DNA of 64,000 nt, taken from the NCBI GenBank assembly GCA_038087875.1, contig CM075992.1:870001-934000 (forward strand). The letters are read 5' to 3'. Position 1 is the first letter of the stretch. Each line of letters begins with the position of its first letter. Under the pieces are notes generated by a model that searched no databases, was not told the DNA's origin, and saw only the letters and a list, made by a program, of their open reading frames with translations. The DNA comes from Malacoraja senta (lineage: Eukaryota). Made by a program: the position numbers and the translations under genes. This document shows positions 27,464 to 38,328 of the stretch, piece by piece.

Positions 27464-27626
27464 CTTGGAGCTTGTGGCCGAGCTGCTTCTTGGAGGTGAG
27501 GATCTGGCTGAGGTCCGGACGCACTGCCCGCTCCAGCCTCTGCCTCTCCTCCTCGTTGTCCTGGACCAGAGCCTGGAACCTCTCGGACACGCGTCCTTCC
27601 ACCACGCCGAACATCGCCCCCAGCAT
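27464..27626 (-). CDS. NIBAN3: Niban/FAM129 exon 8 (MLGAMFGVVEGRVSERFQALVQDNEEERQRLERAVRPDLSQILTSKKQLGHKLQ)
   Basis: 163-bp exon, cag/gtag boundaries; resembles Niban LExTIRxDxDQI motif; last Niban exon found before the gap. Confidence 0.85.
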
Positions 27627-30054
27627 CTGCAGAACACAGGCAACCTTCAACAACATCTCCAGTTCACATCACTGACAGACCATTCGGCCCAACTGAGCCA
27701 TGCTGGTGCTGGGGCTCCACCCTGTGCCATTCCGTACGGTAACTCCCGTGCAAGCTCTGCCATCTCTGCCGGCACGGGTACATGGTAGATTTAGTCTAGT
27801 TTACAGATACAGCGCGGAAACAGGCCCTTCCGCCCACCGAGTCCGCTCCGGCCACCGATTCCCCACACACTAACACCAGCCTACACACACTAGGGACAAT
27901 TTCACAATTTATACCAAGCCAATTAACCTACAAACCTGTACGTATTTGGAGTGTGGGAGGAAACCGAAGATCTCGGAGAAAACCCACGCGGTTAAACGTA
28001 CAAACTCCGTCCAGACAGCACCCGTAGTCGGGATCGAACCCGGGTCTGCGGTGCTGTAAGGCAGCAACTCTACCGCTGCGTCACCGTGCCACCCAATTAG
28101 ATTGGAAACAGCGTCCAATTGTTGTATGGTGACGCAGGTCCTGCACGGGACTCGGCCTGGAAGGCTGCAGCCTTCTTTTGTTCGTCAACACGATGCTTAA
28201 AGTCCAAGGTTAATTACTAAACTACTGTTACGTCACTTACTCCGTTGAGGTCAATGTTCCGGGCAATAAATATCACACCCGAGTTCCCTTCTCCTCTCTT
28301 TATGACGATCACTCAGCATATCCTTCCTCCACAGATGCTGCATGACCCGCTCAGTTACTCCAGCACTTTGTGTTTTGCTCAAGATTCCAACTACCTCAGT
28401 TCCTCTGTGTCGACTCATTCCCTCCGTCTCTTCACCGTCCCCCCACCCCACTCCTCACCATTTCATTTCACACTTCTCCAGTCCTGTTGAAGGGACATTA
28501 CCCGCCTCCTCCCGTTTAATACACGCCCGGTTATTTAGACTTTAGAGATACAGCGGGCAGACAGACCCTCTGACCCACCGAGTCCACACTGACCAGTGAT
28601 CACCCCATATGCTAATGGCATCCTACACACTAGGGACATAAAAAGCCAATTAACCTTCACGTCTTTGGAGCGTGGGAGGAAACCGGAGCACCCGGAGTAA
28701 ACCCACGTGGTCACAGAGAGAATGTACAAACTCCGCCATACGGACAGCATCCGTAGTCAGGATCGTACCCGGGCACTGGAGCTGTGAGGCAGCAACTCTA
28801 CCGCTGCAACACATACCAACCAACACATTAACACCAGCCAACGTTGGGCGGCACAGTGGCACAGCGGGTAGAGACGCTGCCTCACAGCGCCAGGCCACCA
28901 GGTTCGATTCTGACTACAGGTGCTGTCTGTACGGAGTTTGTGCGTTCTCCTTGCAACCTCGTGGGTTTCCTCCGGGTGCTCCGGTTTCCGCCCACATCCC
29001 AAAGACGTGCTGGTTTGTACGTTAATTGCCCTCTGCAAATTTCCCCTTGTGTGTAGGGAGTGGATGAGAAAGTGGGATTAGATGGAACATGTGTAAACGG
29101 TCGGCATAGACTCAGTGGGCTGAAGGGCCTGTTTCCATGCTGTGTCTGAACTAAACCAAACGTACAATGCCATACACTAGAGTGTGAGTGAGAGTGAGTG
29201 TCTATGTGTGTGTGAAGGATTCTAATTTCATTCACTTCATCCAAACTGCATCTTAAACAGAGAGGGAGACTGCTATTCGAAAGATGGATGAATTGAAGTG
29301 GTTTTGTTAGGACTGGCGTCTACACACCAACCCTCCCTCCGTCTGTGACTCTACCCAAGCTGACAAAGGACGGAGTAGGCGATAAACGGAACTGCGGAGA
29401 ACGGCACCGACACGCGAGAAATCAGAAATCAGATCTCCCAAAAGTGGGTGAGAAAGGAAGAAAGGAAATTGCCTATTCTTTCTGGAATGTGAGGGAGAAA
29501 ATATCAATAACGTGGCAAAGCTTAATAACTACTCAAGATGTTGCAAGTCCTGTGACAGGAAACATTGAGGAGTGACGTGGAAGAGAAGTCAAGAAATTTG
29601 GTGCTGATGCATGAACAAGGCTAGCATGTTTTACTATAAACCTCTTCACAAAGAGAGGCAGAGACCATGACCATAAGACATAGGAGTAGAATTAGGCCAC
29701 CATTCAATCATGGCTGATCTATCTCTCCCTCTCAACCCCGTCCTCCTGCCTTCTCCCTGTAACCTTTGACACCCTTACGAATCAAGAATCTATCAATCAC
29801 TGTTTTAAAAATACCCAAATAGCGCGAGAGAGAGGAAAGGGACAGGAGAGCGCGAGAGAGGGAGAGGGAGAGAGAGGAGAGAGCAAGATACAGAGAGCGC
29901 GAGAGACACACACACACACACACACACAATGCTGCTGGGATACAGAGGGAGGAAACAAAAGGCACTGGCACAAAGATGGAGGGAGAGAGGTAGAGAAATG
30001 AGAACTGAAAACTCCCACATAATTTGTCTGAAGCTGTTTTCAGATGGGACTCAC

Positions 30055-30159
30055 CCTGAGCCAGGTTTGCTTCCGCTTGCTCTCTGGCCCTCTGACATGA
30101 GGAATGAGCTGAGACTCCAACACGGGACACAAGTCTTCCATCACCAGATTACTCAGGAT
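30055..30159 (-). CDS. NIBAN3: Niban exon 7 (ILSNLVMEDLCPVLESQLIPHVRGPESKRKQTWLR)
   Basis: 105-bp exon, cag/gtgag boundaries; ILSNLVMEE-like Niban hallmark. Confidence 0.88.
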
Positions 30160-30534
30160 CTGAGAAGAGATCAGAAATCAATTCATCTCCACATGAACGG
30201 GGAGCTGTTCTGGGTCAGCTTACTCATTTCTTCCTTTGGCTTGAAGAGCTGGGGGCAATGTTGTGAGATACTTTGGGTGGTGTCCATCCATTGTGATCTG
30301 GTTCTCAGTGTCTGCTGGGGGGGGATGGGCTGTTAACGTGGTATCACGCTGCCTTCCCTTGGTTTGTATCGCTGGAGGATGTCCTCGTTGGCGGGTTGTC
30401 CATGAGGAAGGACACTCGTTCACCCTCTAACAGGGGGTCTTCATCCATAGAACCCTCATAGTCACGGAGTTTCCTCACCTCCTCTTACTGGAGCAACCCA
30501 CAAAAGTGCCACAGTTCCCCCCCCCCTTCAAATA

Positions 30535-30857
30535 CATCACCGGTACAGAAATGTGAAAACGCACGCCTCCAGATTCAGGGACAGTTTCTTCCCAGCTGTT
30601 ATCCGGTGACTGAACCATCCTACCATAACCAGAGAGCAGTGCTGAACTACTATCTACCTCATTGGTGACCATCGGACTCTCCTTGATCGGACTTTGCTGG
30701 CTTTACCTTGCACTAAACGTTATTCCCTTATCGTGTATCTGTATACTGTAGCGGGTCGATTGTAATCATGTATTGTCTTTCCCGCTGACTGGTTAGCACG
30801 CAGCAAAAGCTTTTCACTGTAGCTCGGCACATGTGACAATAAACTAAACTGAACTGA
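30535..30857 (+). mobile_element. Rex-type LINE 3' end (abundant family; also 20195-20635, 39050-39220, 57895-58110, 60300-60405)
   Basis: SRFRDSFFPAVIR terminal peptide, 3' UTR ending gtgacaataaact(aaact)n. Confidence 0.75.
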
Positions 30858-31193
30858 GGTATTAAGAGTTATTGTATCAAACTGGGTCAATGGGGGATCT
30901 CTAAGATTAAACAAAAGGCCACACAAGTTTGAGGGTCACAATGTCCTGGCTCTATTTGCATCCTGTTGACAGTGGTGGAAGCACTAATCCTGCTCCGATC
31001 CGATGGACATTCCTGACGTTTACCCCAGCCAGGGTCAGAGTTTGAGATGTCTCGGAGACCTTTCTGGATCCGCACCCTGTGTTACATGGGTCTGCTTCTC
31101 CACATGTGAGGCGGAGTGGATCGAACCCGGGTCTCTGGCGCTACGAGGCAGCAGCACTACCAGCTGCACCACTGTACCATCTTCATTGTCTAA

Positions 31194-31408
31194 AGGGCCT
31201 GCCCACTTGCCGATTTTTTCGGCGACTGCCGGCATCATTGACTGACGGATCAGGTCACTAAACATTTGCAGCGTGATGACGTATGACGCGCGCCGTTTTT
31301 ATCACGTGTCGCAACATTTATTTTGTCGCCGCTGGATTTTGAAATGTTCAAAATCTGTTGGCGACCCTGATATGACGCCGAAAAAAATCGCCAAGTGGGA
31401 CAGGCCCT
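31194..31408. mobile_element. PIF/Harbinger-type MITE, 215 bp, TAA TSD
   Basis: TIRs agggcctgcccacttgccgattttttcggcg / cgccgaaaaaaatcgccaagtgggacaggccct; taa at 31191-31193 and 31409-31411. Confidence 0.85.
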
Positions 31409-31495
31409 TAAATACCCAGTAGTTTCTTTATGGATGGGGATTCATCCTTTTACTGTCAGAAGGGGCAAATACCAAGGCTGCCGTCAGAACCTTAC

Positions 31496-31611
31496 CTCAG
31501 TCTCTGAACCCAAGTACAAGTCACAGATGCCGTAACGTCCATTCTGTTCCCTGTATCCTCGCACCGCTTCCAGGAACACACGGGCCTCAAAGGAGTCTCT
31601 GCCAAAGAGCA
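31496..31611 (-). CDS. NIBAN3: Niban exon 6 (LFGRDSFEARVFLEAVRGYREQNGRYGICDLYLGSETE)
   Basis: 116-bp exon, cag/gtaag boundaries; resembles FEAxAFLEAVxxxRQxxGHYG. Confidence 0.88.
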
Positions 31612-32054
31612 CTGCAAGGAAGACACTGGCACTGGTTTGAATTATCACAAGAAGAGACTTCTCTTTGCAAATCTGCTCAGGAACAGTAGGGGTTACAACA
31701 TAGAAGAGTACAGCACATGAACCGCAGAGATAAAGAGCTGCAGGTTTAGTTTCGTTTCGTTTACAGATACAGCCTTCGGCCCATCTAATCGGCACCGACC
31801 AGCGATCCCCGCACATTAACACTATCCGACACACACTAGGGACAATTTTTACATTTACACCAAGCCAATTAACCTACAAGCTTGTATGTCTTTGGAGCAT
31901 GGGGGGAAGCTGAAGATCACCGAGAGGTCACGGGGAGAACGTGCAAACTCCGTACAGACAGGACCCGTAGTCGGGATCGAGCCCGGGCCCCTGGCGCTGG
32001 GAGGCATCAACTCCACCGCTAGGGGGGGAAGGAGGTGGGGAAGAAAGCTCTTAC

Positions 32055-32222
32055 CAGTGTTTAGGCGTCGAACCCCATCAGCAAGGAGCATGGCCCAGGT
32101 GTGAGAGTCGTCTTCAGTGCGGAAACTGAGAAGGAGGTGGGGTCTGTAGGCGTGCCACAGGAAGAGTTGGTGCCTTGTCGGAAAGCTCATGTGCTGTTCT
32201 TCCAAGTGAGAGTCTGCCACAC
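32055..32222 (-). CDS. NIBAN3: Niban exon 5, PH-like domain (VADSHLEEQHMSFPTRHQLFLWHAYRPHLLLSFRTEDDSHTWAMLLADGVRRLNT)
   Basis: 168-bp exon, cag/gtaag boundaries; LFLWHxYRxH motif. Confidence 0.85.
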
Positions 32223-33304
32223 CTGCAAAGCAGCGACTACATTTAGGCAGCACTGTTCACAGTCACACACTCCCAGCGTTCAGTTTAGTTCCAGTTTAGA
32301 GATACAGCATGGAAACCTCTTCTGGACCCTCTCTAAGGCCAGCACATCCTTGCTCAGAAATGGCGCTCACTACTCACAAAACTCCAACTGTGGTCCAACC
32401 AGCGCCTTGTAAAGCCTCAGCATGGCATCCTTGTTTTATAGTTTAGTTTAGTTTATTGTCACGTACAGTGAAAAGCTTTTGTTGCGTGCTAACTAGTCAG
32501 CGGAAAGACAATACATGATTACAATCGAGCCATTTACTGTGTATAGATACACAGTGTGGATATACTCGAAATGAATGTTAGCATTCCTTGGTGTTTCCAT
32601 ACACTGACGGGTGAGGAATAGAAAACATAGAAAAATAGGTGCAGGAGTAGGCTATTCGGCCCTTCGAGCCAGCACTGCCATTCAATATGATCATGGCTGA
32701 TCATCCAGAATCAGTACCCCGTTCCTGCTTTCTCTCCATATCCCTTGAGTCCGTTAGCCCTAAGAGCTAAATCTCTCTTGAAAACATCCAGTGAATTGGC
32801 CTCCACTGCCTTCTGTGGCGGAGAATTCCACAGATTCACAACTCTCTGGGTGAAAAAGTTTTTGTCCTAAATGGCCTACCCCTTATTCTTAAACTGTGAC
32901 CCCTGGCTCCGGACTCCCCCCCAACATGGGGAACATTTATCCTGCATCTAGCTAGTCCAATCCCTTAATAATTTTATATAAGTAGGAAAGAACTGCAGAT
33001 GCTGGTTTAGATCGAAGGTAGACACAAGATGCTGGAGTAACTCAGCGAGACAGGCAGCATCTCTGGAGAGAAGGAATAGGTGACGTTTCGGGTCGTGACC
33101 CTTCTTCAGACATCTTCAGAGACGATGCCTGTCTCGCTGAGTTACTCCAGCATTTTGTGCCTACATTAATTTCTATAAGATATCCTCTCATCCTTCTAAA
33201 TTCCAGTGAATATAAGCCATTCTTTCATCAGATGTCAGTCACGCCAGGGACTGGATGAGAAGGTGCAGCCCCTGGTCTGATCCACCGCCCCCATGCTCTC
33301 TTAC

Positions 33305-33419
33305 CATTGAACGCAGGCCAGCTTTGTCTCAGCATCTCCCTGTAAGCGGACACCTCGTTCAGCAGAATGCAGCCCGAAAGGCGTACCTCGCTGTCTGCTC
33401 TCGCTCCTCTCTGGGCAGC
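33305..33419 (-). CDS. NIBAN3: Niban exon 4 (AAQRGARADSEVRLSGCILLNEVSAYREMLRQSWPAFN)
   Basis: 115-bp exon, cag/gtaag boundaries, phase fits exons 3 and 5. Confidence 0.82.
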
Positions 33420-35708
33420 CTGTAGCACATGGCGGCAGAGTTACAGCACACAGGGCCTCAGCAACCTCACAGAGTTTTATTTTTTAACCCAAAAATAAAT
33501 GGAATCAATTATCACAAGAATAATATGTACGATACAAAACAAAAACCAACAAGCCTGCCACCAGAATACAAAGTTAAACAAATATTCTTAAAGATCAACT
33601 ATACTGAGTATTAAACAACGATGTTACAATCCTTGTCAAGATTCTGTTTTCTATGCTTTAACCAATCTTCTTTCCATGCAAGTCATTTTCCCCAAATCTT
33701 TCATGTTCATAAGTGATAGGAGTAGAATTAGGCCATTCGGCCCATCAAGTCCACTCCGCCATTCAATCATGGCTGATCTATCTCTCCCTCCTAACCCCAT
33801 TCTCCTGCCTTCTCCCCATAACCTCTGACACCCGCACGAACCAAGAATCTATCTATGGTACACAAAAATGCTGGAGAAACTCAGCGGGTGCAGCAGCATC
33901 TATGGAGCGAAGGAAACAGGCAACGTTTCAGGCTGAAACCCGGAAGGAAATAGGCAACGTTTCGGGCCGAAACCCTTCCGGGTTTCGTCCCGAAACGTTG
34001 CCTATTTCCTTCGCTCCATAGATGCTGCTGCATCCGCTAAGTTTCTCCAGCATTTTTGTGTACCTTCGATTTTCCAGCATCTGCAGTTCCTTCTTTAACA
34101 AGAATCTATCTATCTCTGCCTTAAAATACCCACTGACTTGTGGCTTCCACAGCTTTCTGTGGCAAAGAATTCCACAGATTCACCACCCTCTGACTAAAGA
34201 AATTGCTCCTCATCTCCTTCCCAAAGGAACGTCATTTAATTCTGAGGCTGTGCCTTCTGGTCCTAGACTCTCCCACTCTGTGGGAATCCTCCGAGCCTTT
34301 CTTTTAGGTAAGAATGGTTATGAGTGAAGATGTGGTTATATTTGCAATAGCTCCATCTGGTGGTAGAGGGCAGCTCGATAATAATTAAAGATAACTACTC
34401 ACGTGGCTAGCTTATGCAGTCCATAAGTCAGGCGTTGTTTTTTTTCTAATGTGTAGGAAGGAACTGCAGATGCCGATTTAAACCAAAGATATACAGAAAA
34501 AGTTGGAGTAACTCAGCGGGACGGGCAGCATCTCTGGAGAGAAGGAATGGGTGACGTTTCGGTTCGAGACCCTTCTGCAGCTGTGAGTCCATTCCCTTTG
34601 TCTTATTTTCACACATTACACTTCCTTATCTACGTATCTCCCTCTCACGACATCAGTCTGAAGAAGGATCTCGACCTGAAACGTCACCCATTACTTCTCT
34701 CTAGAGATGCTGCCTGTCCCGCTGAGTTACTCCAGCATTTTGTGTCTATCTTCGGTTTAAACCAGCATCTGCAGTTCCTTCCTACACATTCTGCTGATAA
34801 TGTTGGAAGGAACAGGCAGCATCCCTGAGGAAAAGGAACAGGTGATTTTTTTGGGTCTGGACTCTTCAGCCTGAAAGTAAATTCTTCAAAGTAGGCATAC
34901 CTAGAGGAGATTTTGCAGTGGAGCAGACAAATGGAACCATATATAGACACAAAAGGTCGGAGTAACTCAGCAGGACAGGCAGCATCTCTGGAGAGGAGAA
35001 TGGGTGACGTTTCAGGTCGAGACCCTTCTTCAGACTCAAAGAAACTGCAGATGCTGGTTTATACCGAAGATAGACACAAGATGCTGGAGCAAGTGTTTAT
35101 CTGGCAAGCTGCTCTACAATTCTCTGCTGCCTGGAAAAGTGTTTTGAAACCAGCCACTGTCCAAGTTGCTGGGAATGATGAGAAAGGCAGGGAATATTGG
35201 AAGGGTACTACTAATGCATCTTGCATTGCATCAGCCACTTTCGTTCAGAAGCTTAGTTTAGTTTAGTTTATCTATTCTTCTTTAGTGGAATCTATCTATT
35301 GCCCATGATCTCTATAAGATCCTCCTGCGCTCCAAGTCCCAGCCTGCTCAACCTCTCCCTATAGCTCAGCCTCTCAAGTCCTGGAAACATCCTTGTAAAT
35401 CTTCGCATCACTCTTGTGTAGGAAGGAACTGCAGATGCTGGTTTAAAACTCTAGACACAAAAAGCTGGAGTAACTCAGCTGGACAGGCAGCATCTCTGGA
35501 GAGAAGAAATGGGTGATGTTTCTTAGTTGAAGGAATGGTTGAAGTCTTCAGTTCTTCAGTCTGAAGTCTCGACCTGAAACGTCACCCATTCCTTCTCTCC
35601 ACAGATGCTGCCTGTCCAGCTGAGTTACTCCAGCTTTTTGTGTCTATCTTCAAAGCACTCTTTCCAGCTTGAAGACACCCTTCCAATAGCAACTGGTAAC
35701 ATCATTAC

Positions 35709-35840
35709 CTCTTTAGTTTCAAAACACTCCAACAGGTAGCTCGCCTTCATCACAAAGTATTTCTCCTTCCACTTCCTCTTGTGTTCCACATACTGCAGGA
35801 TGAAGCCACTGGATATCACTTGGTCGGTACCTACGGACTC
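35709..35840 (-). CDS. NIBAN3: Niban exon 3 (ESVGTDQVISSGFILQYVEHKRKWKEKYFVMKASYLLECFETKE)
   Basis: 132-bp exon, cag/gtaat boundaries; PH-domain KKWKERY-like motif. Confidence 0.87.
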
Positions 35841-37754
35841 CTGGCGAAAGAACAGATAGACACAAAGTACTGTAGTAACTCAGCGGGACAGGCAGCATCT
35901 CTGGAGAGAAGGAATGGGTGACGTTTTGGGTCGAGTCCCTTCTTCAGACTCTGAGAAGAGGGGATATGGGGAGAAGGCAGGAACGGGGTACTGATTGGGG
36001 ATGATCAGCCATGAACACATTGAATGGCGGTGCTGGCTCGAAGGGCCGAATGGCCTACTCCTGCACCTATTGTCTATTGTCTATTGCCAGTTTTTATTAT
36101 TCATTGGAAGTATCAGGTTCAATATCTCCCCCTGAATATTGAGGACAATTCTCTGCAACGTCTGAGGTTGAGGGAATGCTTGACAGAAGTATATAAAATT
36201 ATGAGAGGCATAGACAGGGTAGACAGTCAGAACCTTTTCCCCAGGTTGGAACTGTCCAACACTGGAGGGCATCTAGCGAGAGGCGGAACGTTTACTGGAG
36301 ATGTGCGGGGAAAGTCTTTTTACACAGAAGCTTCACGGAGCGCGCTGCCAGGGGTGGCGGTGGAGGCAGATACCCTAGTGGCGTTTAAGAGGCTTTTAGA
36401 TAGGTACATGGATGTGCAGGGAATGAAGGGTTATGGGTCATGTACAGGCAGATGAGATCAGTTTAACTTGTTTTTTCCCACATTATCACTCTGCTATCTT
36501 CTTGCCCGCTCTCATATGTTGTTGATGTCCTTTCACAGATCAGCTTAAGGTTAAGTTTAATTTACAGATACAGCATGGAATCCACAGAACCCCCACATCA
36601 GACTGAAGAAGGGTCTCGACCCGAAACGTCACCTATTCCTTCGCTCCATAGATGCTGCCTCACCCACTGGGTTTCTCCAGCATTTTTATCTACCTTCAGT
36701 TTAACTTGGCATTATGTTCGGTACAGACATTGTGGGCCGAAGGGCCTGTTCCTGTGCTGTACTGTTCCATGTTCTCTTAGGTTGGGGGGGGGGGACAGTC
36801 TAAGCAATCATTACGTTACTTGATTTATCTTTGATTTAAGCCAGCATCTGCAGTTCTTTCCTACACATGGACTAGCTGCCTGAGTACATGATCATTAGAT
36901 GCAGAGATACGTGTCCGAATCCCACAGCTGGGTAATTTACATTCAAATAATAAATCTGGGACTAGTGCTGATCCCAGTAGGCGTGACCATAAAACCAGGC
37001 AACGGGTGTAAAATCGGAGCAGTGCAGTGGGTAGAGCTGCTGCCTCACGGCACCAGAGACCCGGGTTCGATCCCGGCCTCAGCTGCTGCCTGTGTGGAGT
37101 TTGCACGTTCTCCCTGTGGGTTTTCCCCGGGTGCTCCGGTTTCCTCCCACGTCGCAAAGACAGATGGGTTTGCAGGTTAATTCTGTAAGTTGTCCCCAGT
37201 GTGTGGGGAGTGGGTGCGAGAGTGGGATAATTTAGAACTAGTGCGAAGGGGCCACGGATGGTCGGCGTGGAGTCGACGACTTCTGTAGATTCCATGCTGT
37301 ATCTCTAAATTAAACTAAACCAAGCTGATCTGTGAAAGGGCATCAACAACATATGGGAGCGGGCAAGAAGATAGCAGAGTGATAATGTGGGAAAATATGA
37401 GTTTGTGCACTTTGGAAGAATAGGAAAGAAGATTATGTTTTAAATGGTGAGAAAGCAATAAATGTTTGTGTACAGGAGGATCAGGGTGTGCAGGCTGAGG
37501 AGGTGCAGAAAGTAAACATACAGGTGAGGGAAGCATTCAGGAAGTCTAATAGTTGTCATCGTTTACCACAAGGGTACAGAGTACAAAGCCAGGGGCACAG
37601 AGTGTAAAGGCAACAAGCGAGGCCAGGTACAATGAGAACAAACAGGCCATTTGGCCCCTCGCCCAGCCCACACCTGTGGAAAGACAGAGCCACCTGACTG
37701 ATTTCCAAGAGTAAGGGTTTACTTAATCCAGACCAATGGGAAACAGCACCCCTC

Positions 37755-38184
37755 CCGCCTGGCCCAGCGTGGGACCCACACTAGGTTGCCCACCGCCTGG
37801 CCCAGCGTGGGACCCACACTAGGTTGCCCACCGCCAGGCCCAGCGTGGGACCCACACTAGGTTGCCCACCGCCGGGCCCAGCGTGGGACCCACACTAGGT
37901 TGCCCACCGCCTGGCCCAGCGTGGGACCCACACTAGGTTGCCCACCGCCTGGCCCAGCGTGGGACCCACACTAGGTTGCCCACCGCCTGGCCCAGCGTGG
38001 GACCCACACCAGGTTGCCCACTGCTGGGCCCAGCGTGGGACCCACACTAGGTTGCCCTCCCGCCTGGCCCAGCGTGGGACCCACACTAGGTTGCCCACCG
38101 CCTGGCCCAGCGTGGGACCCACACTAGGTTGCCCACCGCCTGGCCCAGCGTGGGACCCACACCAGGTTGCCCACCGCCGGGCCC
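37755..38184. repeat. 38-bp minisatellite (ccgcctggcccagcgtgggacccacactaggttgccca) x ~11
   Basis: Direct tandem copies ending about 12 bp from the Niban exon 2 donor. Confidence 0.93.
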
Positions 38185-38197
38185 CACCACTCCTTAC

Positions 38198-38328
38198 CTT
38201 GTTGTGCAGTAGTTGAACAGCGTGGCTCGTCTGCATCTCCAGCTCGCTGCAGACCTGGTTGAGGAAGGCAGCTGCGCAGCACCTGCGACTGAGAGGCCGC
38301 ATGTCGTCCAGGACCTCGTCCACCCTCC
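38198..38328 (-). CDS. NIBAN3: Niban exon 2 (GRVDEVLDDMRPLSRRCCAAAFLNQVCSELEMQTSHAVQLLHNK)
   Basis: 131-bp exon, cag/gtaag boundaries; starts GRVD and ends QLLxxK as in recalled human NIBAN3. Confidence 0.85.

Noticed and set aside
37755..38184. CRISPR-like regular repeat
   Set aside because: Units are directly adjacent with no unique spacers; eukaryotic VNTR, no cas genes.
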